From: Utricularia gibba
Taxonomy: Eukaryota; Plantae; Magnoliophyta
Direction of reading: 5' to 3'
NCBI GenBank assembly: GCA_002189035.1
Contig: NEEC01000031.1
Span: forward strand, 62,001 to 126,000
DNA length: 64,000 nucleotides
The notes under the pieces are model-generated. The model did no database searches. It had not been told where the DNA came from and saw nothing but the letters and a program-made list of their open reading frames with translations. The position numbers were made by a program, and so were the translations under genes. This document shows positions 26,301 through 38,365 of the stretch, piece after piece; position 1 is the stretch's first letter; each line of letters begins with the position of its first letter.

Positions 26301-28282
26301 TGATCGATTATTTCACTTAACAAGAGGTGGTGTCAGCAAGGCTTCTAAAATCATCAACTTAAGCGAGGATATCTTTGCAGGTATTGCACTTTTATGTTGG
26401 CTACTTTATAACTTCGGTTCTAACTTAACATTTTTGTTTTCGCCTGTGAAGGTTTCAATTCCACTCTTCGTGGTGGTAATGTCACTCATCATGAATACAT
26501 TCAAGTTGGTAAAGGAAGAGATGTGGGGCTCAATCAAATTGCAATGTTTGAAGCAAAGATAGCATGTGGCAATGGAGAGCAGGCTGTGAGCCGTGATATT
26601 TATCGTCTCGGCCATCGCTTTGACTTCTTCCGTATGCTGTCCTGTTATTTCACAACAGTGGGATTCTATTTTAGCACCATGGTAAATAATAGATGTATCC
26701 ATGTGATTTCCATCAACCAGGGGAGTATTCTTCGCATTGCCAGCTTATTCCTGTGTTTTCTTTGCAGCTCACAGTTATCATTGTATTTGTATTCCTCTAT
26801 GGCCGTCTGTATCTTGTGCTAAGTGGCCTCGAACAGGCGTTGAGCAGCAATCCTGCCATTCGAGACAACAAACCTCTTCAAGTTGCTCTTGCATCTCAAT
26901 CTTTTGTGCAGATTGGTCTGTTAATGGCATTGCCCATGATGATGGAGATTGCCCTTGAGAATGGCTTCCGCACTGCTATTACAGATTTTGTTCTGATGCA
27001 GCTACAACTTGCTGCTGTGTTTTTCACATTTTCTCTTGGTACAAGGACCCATTACTTCGGCCGAACCTTGCTTCATGGTGGTGCACGATACCGAGGCACT
27101 GGTCGAGGATTCGTTGTCTTCCATGCCAAGTTTGCTGACAACTACCGAATGTATTCAAGGAGCCATTTTGTCAAGGGACTTGAATTGATGATTTTGCTCA
27201 TAGTTTACCATCTATTTGGCCAAGCATACAGAGGAGTTGTTGCTTATATCTTCATCACTGTGTCAATATGGTTCTTGGTGGGCACTTGGCTTTTCGCTCC
27301 CTTTTTGTTCAATCCCTCAGGATTTGAATGGCAGAAAATTCTAGACGACTGGACAGATTGGAACAAATGGATGAAAAATCGTGGAGGCATTGGTGTAGCT
27401 CCTGACAAGAGCTGGGAGTCCTGGTGGGAGAAAGAAAACGAGCATCTGCTTTATTCCGGTACCCGAGGCATCATCTTCGAGATTCTGTTGTCCCTTCGCT
27501 TTTTCATTTATCAGTATGGGTTGGTTTATCACCTCAGCTTCATCAACGGATCGAGGGACTTCTTGGTACGATTCCAGAACTCCATCTATCCTCAATGCTT
27601 TGTTTGTTTGAGCCACGAATCAGAGAGGCTTTTGAACTTACATGGTGCAGGTATACGGCATATCCTTGTTGGTGATCTTACTGATACTCGTAATCTTGAA
27701 GGTAAGATTCTTCCATTCCACTTGCTCTTTGCATTACACCATTTTAAAGACGAGTTCTTCCTGCAGTTGGGATCATATGGTAGAAAGCGACTCAGTGCCA
27801 ATTTTCAGTTGATGTTCCGACTCTTCGAGGGCTTCACCTTTCTAGCATTCATCGCGTTGGTGATCGTCCTTCTTGTCCTGGCTCACATGACCCTTCGGGA
27901 TGTTGTAGTCTGCATTCTTGCCACGATGCCAACAGGGTGGGGGTTGCTTCTGGTAAGTGGCTCTCTGTGCACTCCAGATGCCTCCTTGTTGCTGCCTCCA
28001 TGTTTACCAGCTTCTGGTTCATCTCTGGTGCAGATTGCTCAGGCCTTGAAGCCTCTGCTGATCCGGACACCAATATGGGATCTGGTAAAGACACTCGCAC
28101 GCGGCTACGAGTACATGATCGGGCTGTTTCTGTTCACTCCGGTGGCGTTCCTGGCATGGTTCCCCTTCGTGTCAGAGTTCCAAACGAGGATGCTGTTCAA
28201 CCAGGCGTTCAGTCGGGGCTTGCAGATCTCTCGTATTCTGGGGGGCCCGAAGAAGGACCGATCATCGAACCACAAGGAGTGA
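17308..28282 (+). CDS. CALS: Callose synthase (glucan synthase-like, CalS1/2/3-type), 42 coding exons, intact
   Basis: All 42 exons traced in frame: [116 protein letters not shown] donors at 19321 and 24911. Confidence 0.97.
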
Positions 28283-28422
28283 TGAGTAGGCCATCGGCGG
28301 ACTTGTCGTCTGGCCATGAATTCCTCTCAACGAAACAAAAGGGAAGTATGATTCTGAAATATGGTAATAAAGTGGGGCACTCTCGTGCATGTGTGGTGTC
28401 ATTTGTCATTCCCTTTTCATTG

Positions 28423-28431
28423 CAATGATTG
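28423..28431. promoter_or_regulatory. HD-Zip II consensus binding site CAATGATTG
   Basis: Exact match to CAAT(G/C)ATTG, 386 bp upstream of the HD-Zip II ATG. Confidence 0.45.
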
Positions 28432-28816
28432 ATGTTTCTTCATTTGTCTCCCGGATGGTTTTTGTACAAAGTTCACAAAGGTCCGGTCGACCGGAAAAAG
28501 CTTCAGATGATATAATGCCGGTCTGGTATATGATTTCGAAGCTGGTTCGGATTATGTCGGTCAAACCCTACTTTTGTGGATATCATCATCACCATTATCA
28601 TCAAAACCCCAACTTCCTGAAATTTATTGAACCCGCAGACCGGAGAATTAGGAAATCTGATTCAATTCGCTGTATTTACTCCTCGTCCTGCTTGTTGTCG
28701 TCTCTCACGTCTGTTTCTCCTCTCTCTCACTTCTTTAAAAACCGCAATCACGACACCACCAACAACATAACCCACAAACGAACGAATCCCCTGTTTCTGT
28801 TTCTCCGCCGCCATTG

Positions 28817-29868
28817 ATGGAGCTTGACTTGTCCTTGGGCGGAGACTCTGCCAGATTCCATGTGGGTTCTCAGCCGAACAAACCCATTACCCAGAAAAGC
28901 CCCGGCTTCGATCTGCGCATGATGGATTTGGGTCTTCGTTTTAACCGCCACCGCAAATCCGTCGTTGATGACGATGATCCCACCTCGGAGGAAGACAGTC
29001 AGGCTCCGACGCTGCAGTTGGGCCTTCTCCCTCGCCGGGGTTCTCCACGTTCTGAAAATGGTGAGTGAATCAAATCTCTGGCCGCAGTTTTATGTTGTGT
29101 GTTGTTTAGAAAGGGCGGGTTCGTTTGAAGGGAGTTCGGAAAACGTGTCGTCGGGGAATACAACACCGGCGGCAGCGGTAGTGACGGAGGACGCATCGTC
29201 AGGAAATAGGCTGAGCGGCGCCACCGCGGTGGAGGGTGAAAAAGTGACCGACGATGAGGAGAACGCGAACACTAGAAAGAAACTCCGGCTATCTAAAGAA
29301 CAGTCTGCGTTTCTAGAAGAAAGCTTCAAAGAACACAACACCCTGAATCCAGTAAGTTCCTGTAAATCCATTCCCCAACCATTTTTTTAAAAAAACTCAA
29401 GTCCATTTCTGGCTTTTGATTCAACAGAAGCAGAAACTCGCGCTCGCTAAACACCTGAATCTTAGACCACGACAAGTCGAAGTTTGGTTCCAGAACAGAA
29501 GAGCAAGGTGAAAAAACGTTAAACAAAAATAGTTGATACCCAATTCCAATCCAATGGCTTGACAAATTGGAGTTCTCAGGACGAAGCTGAGGCAGACGGA
29601 GGTGGACTGCGAGTATCTGAAGCGGTGCTGCGACGCGTTGACTGCAGAAAACCGGCGACTTCAGAAAGAGGTCCAGGAGCTGAGAGCCTTAAAAAGCGCG
29701 GCCCCATTATACATGCAGGTCCCAGCGACGACTCTGACGATGTGCCCCTCCTGCGAGCGTGTGGCGCCGTCTTCCTCCCCGGCAGCCGGGGCGAAGGAGG
29801 GGGATTCGAGGCCGAGATTCCCTCCGGCAGCGTCGACGAGTAATCAGGAGGCTGCCGCTACCGGATGA
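28817..29868 (+). CDS. Class II homeodomain-leucine zipper transcription factor (HAT/HOX-type)
   Basis: Four exons. LDLSL EAR motif, [41 protein letters not shown], zipper DCEYLKRCC.., and the CPSCE motif. Confidence 0.96.
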
Positions 29869-31164
29869 TGAAGCGAGCGAGCGAGCGAGCGAACGCGATA
29901 ATGATGCGATATTGTGTTGCGGTGGCGGAGATAATCAGAATATTTTTCAGATGTCTCCCGCTGTGGTCCTGCCTGCGAACAACACTAACTGTAAATCATT
30001 TTGCTGTTCCCGTTTTTTTCCCCCCTAAAACCTAAACCACAGAAACAAGAAGGAATGGAATTAGCCAAGGAACTGGCTGCCAAGTCATCGTCTTCATTTT
30101 CCGGCCAAGAGGTTGAGCTGAGCTGAGCTTGTTATGGGTAATTCCAGAGCAGTTGGTGTTGAACCTTAATAAGGAAAAAAAGGGGGCGAGACACATGACG
30201 TCAACGGCAGCCCATGCTACTAGTGCTCCTCCTCCCTCCCTCCATTCATAGCCTTTTTGGGCTTTCAAACCGCAATTAATTCAGATAATCATTTTCATTG
30301 ACGGGGGAATTCCCCTCCCTTTGGACATCAATTGGAATTGGGGGTGCCCGTACGACTTACCAGCAATAATTACATCAATGATTAAAAGCAACAACAATAA
30401 TAATGATGATAAGTAATGATGGATGAGGAGGGGGTTTGATAGATGGAAAGTGAAATTATGGAGGGGGCCGGGGGTCTGTGGGAAAAGGCAAAAGGGAGGG
30501 GAGGGAGGGTTGGGTCGCCAGGCCAGGCCATTAAATGCAAAATACGGGGAAGGTATTGGTGTTAATTATTTATGAGGTGAGGTGAGGAGAGTTGCTGGGC
30601 GGGTTGCCCGAATTGTCTGTCAGCCCGCTTCATCACTTATCTGCTGCTATACGCATTCACTTATTGCTTGCTGCATTTCACCCTCTCCACGTGACCCACC
30701 CACCGCCCCCTCCCCCCCGTGATGCCTAGGGCTCCTTCCTTTTTCTCCTCTGTGGGCCCCCCTTCAAACCTCACACCCTCGTTTATTTTTATTTTTTTTT
30801 CAGAAGAAAATGCATGCGGACCCGAGACACTTCCCCCAAAAGCGCCATCGTTGGGGGCGGAAGCCCATGGCCTAGGCCCAACGGCCCACAATGGCCGCCA
30901 GACGCTGTACGGAACGAATGAGAGGGGGCCCGGGCAACTGACCTCCCATCCTAAAATGAAGATTTTCCTTGACGCTGAAGCAAGCACAAAAACTTCTTTG
31001 GCGACTTGCTATATTGCCTAACGTTGGGGAGCTTCTGCTGCTGCTTCAGCTTCACCCTGAAATAATACAACAAATGCCTATATCAGATCAGACATCTTTT
31101 TCTCAACGAACAGCTCCCATGTGTCCACTTCCAGTCACTTTTGGGTCAAGAGGAATGAGCTGTC

Positions 31165-33801
31165 TTACTCTCCGTCCATCGGTTTTGAATTTACAAAGCC
31201 CCGGTCCTCATCTGTCAAGACAATCCTATCCAACACAGCAGTCCCTACCGAGCACGACGAGATTATGGAGGGTGAAAGCTGGCTGACTACCTACCACTTT
31301 CACCATCGTATAAACCTCCCAGCCTCGCAATGGCTTCGGTTAGAGCTTGCTCATGGTCCTGATTTTCCAAAAGTTTCAAGTGTTGGAGTTACTGATTGCC
31401 CAGAAAATGAAATCATAGTCTCTAAGAACATGAAAGGTATCTAAAAGATGGTCTGACCTTCAGCACTAACTTGGCTTCCTCTATCTCAACGGGATCGGGA
31501 TGTCTAGCACTAAATAATCTCTCGATCTGCCAGCCAACGATGATGCACTTCAACCCAGGTTCTGCATATCTCCGTATATATGTTAACCAGCGCATACCTC
31601 ATTTATTAGTGTGTCAGTGTGAAGCAATTGGATGTCATCAGGTCCCCTCTTTCCAATGCCGTTCTCTGGTGGTAGGCCCTTTCTTGAATGAGGTTTAGCC
31701 AATCCTCTGCCCCGTCCAGCCCCCGGAGCATTACTTCGACCGAGAGTTCTATTCTTGCTGAGTCCAGATCCGCCATAACCTCCACGATGGGAAATTCCAG
31801 GGTCTTCACCTTCCCATTGTAGGTCTCCGGGAGAAATCTGCAAGGCATTAGCGAAGCATAAGAGTATTTCAGAATATTTTTATGAAACCAGAGGTATATA
31901 GGAAATACCACCAGCATATTAAAGGAATCAAATAGATGGTTGAGTACACACTATGTGATCATTGATTGTTATTAGCATAAAACTTGCACTTCAAAATAAT
32001 CATGGAAGTATATTTACCTCTGAAAGATTGACCCATTCCCAAGTTTCATTAGCAGTACCCATATCATAAACAAGAAAATGGCGACCCTGGAGAAAGTAAA
32101 CAGCCAAATCAAGAACAAGTTATCACACAGGCCATGTGAGATAAGTTACATTCAACCTCCACAGGATTATAATCCATAATCACAGCTTCATAAAAATTAT
32201 TATCATCAGGCCACCTGGTCCGCACTTTCCGACCAATAAGAGAATCAGATTGAGCTCCTTCAACAGCTTCCATTGCATGATCTCCAGCAGCAATACGATG
32301 TCCAAGTTGGCCTCTTCCAGATGAACTAAAGGGATACTGCATTTTCACCCCGGGCGCCCCTACAGGCATCTGCACAAGAATGAACAGATACACAAAATAA
32401 TGATCAGTAGGTGACCAAAACATTGAACTTGTGTACAACAAGTCACACTCACAGATTTTTTCCTTCTACCATTAGCTCCCATCAAGGGTCCACGCTTTCC
32501 AGGGATGAAGATGGCATATTTACTGGAGCCATAGGCTCAGGAGGGTAAGAAGGCGAAGGAGCATGAAAGGATTGAGAAGGTGGAGGCAATGCTTTCTTCT
32601 GTTTCTTACGAGAAGTTGAGATAGAGGGGCTCGGTACAGGTTCTTGGGCAGTTTTACCTACTTGACCAACACCATATAATCCATGTTGAAGTCCAAAAGA
32701 TTGTCTCCACTCCCTGGTACGGGTTTTAGTTTTTTTTTTTTTTTTTTCAACCAAGGGGAACGGAGAAGAATCATTTTAGTACTTTTTAAGATAAAACGGA
32801 CAGAATTGGTAATCAATGCTGGGTCTACGCACACAACCTTATGCTTTGAATTGTTTCATCAGCATTAACCCTACTCAGAAGTTCCCTGTGTTCTTCATTT
32901 GATAATCTCAACTCCCTTCTAAGCTCAGTTATCAAATCTTCTTTCTCCTGAAGACAACACATTTCATTGTTGATGATCATGACAAGAAAAATTATTCATA
33001 CTCTCATTGCATAAGAAGTACCCAAGAAATAGCATCGGCTTGAACTTTAAAGGCTCTTAAAACGGAACTGTAAGCCTCTTGCTCAAGTTGATGAATTCTG
33101 GCCTCTATATCAGTTTCCTCATGCATTCTGACATATGTCATTGAGCCCATTGCTGCAGACTTTCCATTACCAGAAATCCGGCCTGCTCTCGACATTTTGT
33201 TCTGATGTGGTGGGGGCAAATCATCATCAGTTCCTGAAAGGCATTAAAAGGAAAAACAGGAGATTACGCAATTAAATTCACGAAGCTAGCCCAAGCAAAG
33301 AAATCCACTGCACGGGATTCAAAAATGTCACACGATTTGCAATGTTAATAGAACAACGTCAAGTCAGTCCCTTGCATATCGCCAACAGGCATAGTCAACC
33401 TATTATGTAGCTGAAGTCGCTATGAACTCTCAGCATTCTCATCTTTCAAAACAACTGCATTTTTCTAAGCACAAATGCCAAAAACGCAGTCAAAGCACCT
33501 ATCCGTAAATAATGTTTTGATCGTCAAACTAGTAACTGCAGAAATCACTCAAAAAAACAAATAAAAAATGTAAATAAAAAAGTTAAGTTACAGGAAAGGA
33601 AGTTAATCACAGTGGCATTCAAAAGATTTGCCGTCAACGCCATTACGATCAGGACCCATATAACTTCACAAACCCTACCGCCAATACTGCCCTATAATCC
33701 AAATGCTAAACGCGAAACAAACAATATAAACCAAATCTTCCAAAACTATGAAATCATAAAACGAATTACATACCGCTGCTATCGTGTTGCCGGAAATCCA
33801 T
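31165..33801 (-). CDS. EML: EMSY-like (ENT plus Agenet/Tudor) protein, apparent -1 frameshift at 32502-32504
   Basis: [88 protein letters not shown]. One extra C in exon 4 restores PGKRGP..GRRKKS and a phase-0 donor. Confidence 0.92.
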
Positions 33802-34355
33802 AACCAGCTTGTGCAAACCGATTCAGAAACACGGTAGCTATGAAACTCAGCCAGAATAACTTGTAGATTATGCGATTACGCCGGAAGCCCGATCGAAAAG
33901 GCAAAAATATCAGGCAGCACCAAACGAACAGGCCACTTGATCGGCAACGCCAACTTAGATTTCCGCAATTTCCACAGCAAGAGTGGTGACACCGGACGTC
34001 AACAAGTTTATTCAGTTCCGTTAAATGTTTGGCCTGAACTCCGCCGTTGATTCACTAGCGCGGGTACGTTGTTTTGTCGAGTGTTTTCAAACCCGGTTTT
34101 TAGATGAATCCCGAAATTGTATAAATCATATATTTAATTGTAATTAAATATTCATTTCTGTAAATATATCTATTTTTTTAGAATATAAATTTGATATATA
34201 TATTTTTTATTAAACGAGTTACACCACCATAGCACATGCGCGCTATCCACGGACTGAACTCGAACTCGAAGCACCGACATTTCACCAACCTCGCCAGCTT
34301 CTTGGTATCTCATCTTCTTTTACTACTTTTTCTCCTTGGTTGCATGCCCCTCCAT

Positions 34356-34523
34356 TCACAACTGCGGCTGTCTTGCAGCGATCGGGAAGCTGGGGACGAC
34401 GATCTTGGAACGCGGTTCTCCTCCGCCTAAGCTCTTGGGCTTAAAATTCTTCAGAGAAGCATCGGATACGTGAGAAGACGAGAAGCAGCAGAGGAAAGAC
34501 AGCAGGCTTGAAACGCAAGACAT
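34356..34523 (-). CDS. Microprotein A (55 aa) MSCVSSLLSFLCCFSSSHVSDASLKNFKPKSLGGGEPRSKIVVPSFPIAARQPQL
   Basis: Manual translation. TATATATA about 40 nt upstream (34559-34566). Clear paralogy with B, C and D. Confidence 0.8.
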   Translation of the reverse strand: MSCVSSLLSFLCCFSSSHVSDASLKNFKPKSLGGGEPRSKIVVPSFPIAARQPQL

Positions 34524-35821
34524 TTTACTGGCGAGTAGGGGCTCACCCAGGAGATGAGTATATATAGCAGACAGAGCATGAGACCCGAAGTTACTGGATT
34601 GGAGATTAAGTAAAGAAATGTGGGTGGATGGTTGACCTCTTGAAACAAAGTTATCTGGATTTTCTCATGCCTACTGAAGTGAGCTTGATAGTTCTGACTC
34701 AAGCAGGAAGATCTGGTGCACGCGTTGCGGGAGAAAAACAGTTGCGAAGGAACATGCTTTAGACCAGGGGATTAACTTAACTTAATCTCGTTGGATGAGT
34801 AAGCGTGATTACTAAGAAACCAGTAGCATTCAACGCTACTCTATAGAGGCACAAGACTTTCGTCATCCATCCAATCACATTGCGTTGCTTGCTCTCCAAG
34901 ACCAGTAAGTAATAACACGTTATGATTTTTACTTAGGCAATCAGATCAGAAAAATTCTGTGATTTCGTGGCCTCGAAGCAGAGGATTACCTCCATATTAT
35001 AAGCGTGTGTGTGTATATAGTCGAATTAGGGTTATATTCGAGGGGTTTCAATTAATGCATTTATTTGTTGTCATTTCAGTCAACCCCAATAATCACTCCA
35101 CAATCTTTCTAAAAATCGGATAATTCAATTAACCTGAAACCTAATCGATTTAATTCAGTTCGATTAAAATTATCAATTTACACACTTATTCGATTATTGA
35201 TTCGATTCAATTAACCCTAATACTCACTCGTAATCCTCACTCATTAGATAATGATAATAAATAACAATATCGGATGGTATTATGTATGGAAAGTTGTTTC
35301 ATCCATAAAATTCTTTTGTATTTAAAAAAATAAAATAAGTGGATATATCTAGTTATAAAATCAATTAAATATCACTTGATAATAATTTTCTATGAACATT
35401 TTTTTTAAAATTAAACCTTAAAAATAATTGAGTATCTAGTTATATTTGGGGTTTTAATGAACCCTGAATTCATAATACTGGATAAGTATTCCCAAAAACA
35501 GAAATCGAATAAAAAACGTCCACGGCGGCGCTGTTGACCATGGTGGCGGACTCTGCAGTCACCCAGTTCAACTCTCTAGATTCAATACTTCAAGTGGCTG
35601 TATTTTTTTAACAATTTAATACTGTTTTTATCTTATACAAATCGGTATTACAAAGAACTTTATTTTATCGAGAAAAGCACTGAAAGAGCCCACAGGATCA
35701 CATTGAGCCTTCAAAGACATCCATGCCCCTGCAAACGGGGCTACTAACTTCACTTCCGCTATCTATCCCTCTCCCTGTACAGACAGATAGACAGACTTCT
35801 GCATCCCTCTGGGGCTGGGCT

Positions 35822-36001
35822 CTACAGTAGCGGCAGCTGCGTGCTCACCGGAAAATGCGGAACGACGATCTCCGAGCGCGGTGTCTTCTCTCCTTTCCCC
35901 CTGCTGGTGTGTTTACTGTCCGAGGAAGGGACGCCGTCGCAGACGCGGCGGGGAGCCGAGGGGAGGCAGAAAAGGGTGAGCAAACTTGAGAAAAGAGGCA
36001 T
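35822..36001 (-). CDS. Microprotein B (59 aa) MPLFSSLLTLFCLPSAPRRVCDGVPSSDSKHTSRGKGEKTPRSEIVVPHFPVSTQLPLL
   Basis: Manual translation. GC-rich ORF in an AT-rich context with the same N- and C-terminal motifs as A and C. Confidence 0.8.
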   Translation of the reverse strand: MPLFSSLLTLFCLPSAPRRVCDGVPSSDSKHTSRGKGEKTPRSEIVVPHFPVSTQLPLL

Positions 36002-36486
36002 GGCGGCGAGTCTCGATCCTGGATGGAATATGTCTGCGGCTTACAGCTTACGTTGTGGAGTGTGTTGGTATGTTGGGAACTTGGCAGCGTATTTATGGAG
36101 GAGGAGTGGGATGCAAATAGCTCTGAAGTCAGTGGGCTTGGGGAGCAAGGAATGGGAATTGACCATTCCACACATCTTTAGTAACTTTGCGTGCACTAAT
36201 TGTCATTAGTGTGGGGACTAAATTTGAAAATGTAGGTTTTACGGGCCCTTACCTTTTTATTATTTATATTTCGTTTGAGCCCCTCTATTTTTCTCTTTTT
36301 GCACTCATTTGCATACACAGAAAAAAAGTCAAAAGTACCCCCAATACACGAGAGAGACATAAAGCCCTGGTCTGAGCGTGCTCTCCAAGACCGGGTGGCA
36401 TTTCTTGCATTCTCCACGTGTGTTTTTCTCATTATAAAAGGGGGAGTACCTCAGCAGCCTTCTCCACAACACTGACACTAGCAAAA

Positions 36487-36651
36487 ATGTCTTGGGTTTC
36501 AAGTTTCTTCTCATTTCTGTGCTTCTCTCCGCCTCCCCGCATTTCCGATCTGCCGTCATCCGGTCCTACGCCGAAGAGAAAGAAGAGATCACCGGAGTCG
36601 AAGATCGTGGTCATGTACTTCCCGGGGACTCAACCCTTGCCACGACTATGA
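36487..36651 (+). CDS. Microprotein C (54 aa) MSWVSSFFSFLCFSPPPRISDLPSSGPTPKRKKRSPESKIVVMYFPGTQPLPRL
   Basis: Lies within track ORF 36418-36651. TATAAA at 36433-36438, G-box at 36415-36420, and AAAAATG start context. Confidence 0.82.
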   Translation: MSWVSSFFSFLCFSPPPRISDLPSSGPTPKRKKRSPESKIVVMYFPGTQPLPRL

Positions 36652-37044
36652 GGAGATACTGAAGTTTGGGGGGCGTGTACAGGTAACCTTGGAGGGGTCG
36701 GATTGGATCGAGGCGGTGGGGATGACGAGTGCCGTGGTGCCGACAGACCGAGCCATCGAGGAGGCATAGCTCATTAGGCCGTGGTGTTTGCTCTAGAATA
36801 AAAAAGATTGTATGCACTAGCTACTTGCAAAATTTACCTGAATGTGCGTCTGAGGTGCTGGTTCTCTTCTCACCACTTCTTTCGTTCTAAGCTCTCAGTT
36901 CCATTGTAATTTTTGGGTGAACCAATTCAACTTTCAATTTTCTAGTACTTCTTGTTATTTTATACAAATAATGGATTCGATGAGTATTACGATCACACAT
37001 AAAATTGATTAATAGCTTAGATTCTACTAACCCCTCTCCCACTA

Positions 37045-37187
37045 TCAGACTGGTGCATCCCTCTGGGACTGTACCGGAAAATGAGGAACGGCGATCCCCG
37101 AATGGGGGGATCATAACTATGTGTGCACGGTGTTAGTGTCCCGGGGAAGTTGCAGAGAAATGAGGGCAAACTTGAGACACAAGGCAT
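37045..37187 (-). pseudogene. Degenerate microprotein D, paralog of B
   Basis: MPCVSSLPSFLC.. then, after a frame change near G6 at 37104-37109, SGIAVPHFPV. About 28 nt covering the C-terminus and stop of B are missing. 3' flank cccagagggatgc and an upstream block (36128-36170 versus 37196-37240) are shared with B. Confidence 0.72.
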
Positions 37188-38365
37188 GGTGCAGAGTCAG
37201 TGGGCTTGGGGAGCAAGGAGTGGAATTTGACGATTCCACGAATCCTCCTCCCCAAATCCCTGGTCAATGGCGTGGGACTGAAGCTCGAAAAAGCAGCTTT
37301 TGGGTGGTCAAATTCAAATTTTCGATGACTTCATCCCCAATACATGCATACAAATCACGTTTGGAATTAGCATGCGGTCATCAGTATTTTGATACAAAAA
37401 AAGAATTTGTTTTCAAATATTGGTTCATTCCAACTCGGCGCCCTTAAAATAAATATTTTATTTAATCCAAACATGATTGAACCTCTCACCAATTTTGACT
37501 GGTCAAACCAAATGATTGCGCCCCAGGCCCCCATGTTTAAAACAATGGCAAGTTTTATATATGATTTGGTTCCACTTCCATTGATAATGGATATATTTGA
37601 TAGTTAATATAACAAAAAAATAGAATGGAAGTAAAGTTAAATATTATCATTAAAGAATATCATGTTATTCCTTATCTTTACCTATATCCATTTTTTTTGT
37701 TTTAAAGAATTTTTAAAATAAAAAAAAATCTGTCATATCATACCAATGGGAACTTTGGGATGGATGGGCCTGATTCAGGTTTCTATAACATTTGGGCCAA
37801 AGCAGTTCCCTGAAATCCTCTGCAGCACCGTTTCTGCGTGTCCACTGATGCAATCTGAAAAAGCGGAAAAAGAAAGCTGGGTAGGACTCTCTACTGATGT
37901 CCTCCCCCACATTTGCCATTGAGATAAGAGAAGATTATTATAAATCAAAATCTAAATCTAAATAATGAATCTTACAAATTTAATCTAATCTTGAACATCA
38001 TATATTTGTATATATATATATATTATAGTGATGTGCTTGTTGTTCTCAACACATTCACTTCGCCCAATGCCTTTTGATTTCATAAGATGGATTTGTTTCT
38101 CTTTATTTCCCAGATTTTTCGCATATTTTGAAACAGAAGTCAATAAATATTGCTCTGTTTGTTGGTTGTCATGGAGTTTCCAGAACTTTAGGAACAGTAA
38201 ATTGTAACGCATCCTTTGAGCCTTCTTGCATTCCATCTCGATCTTCAAATTTTGAAAACCTCAGAGGGTACGTTTTCTTTTTTTTTTGATCACACAATGC
38301 ATTATTCGTTTGCTGTGTACCCATCACTTCTGAAAGTTTGAGGCGGCTTATTTTCTGCAGACTCC

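Noticed and set aside
26693-28282. 529-aa ORF as a separate gene
   Set aside because: It is the 3' part of callose synthase read through introns.
31606-31917. 103-aa minus-strand ORF
   Set aside because: Alternative frame of an EML exon; the homologous frame is 31583-31843.
35025-35221. 10-bp inverted repeat ATTAGGGTTA..TAACCCTAAT as a possible MITE
   Set aside because: Telobox-like, does not extend, and has no TSD.
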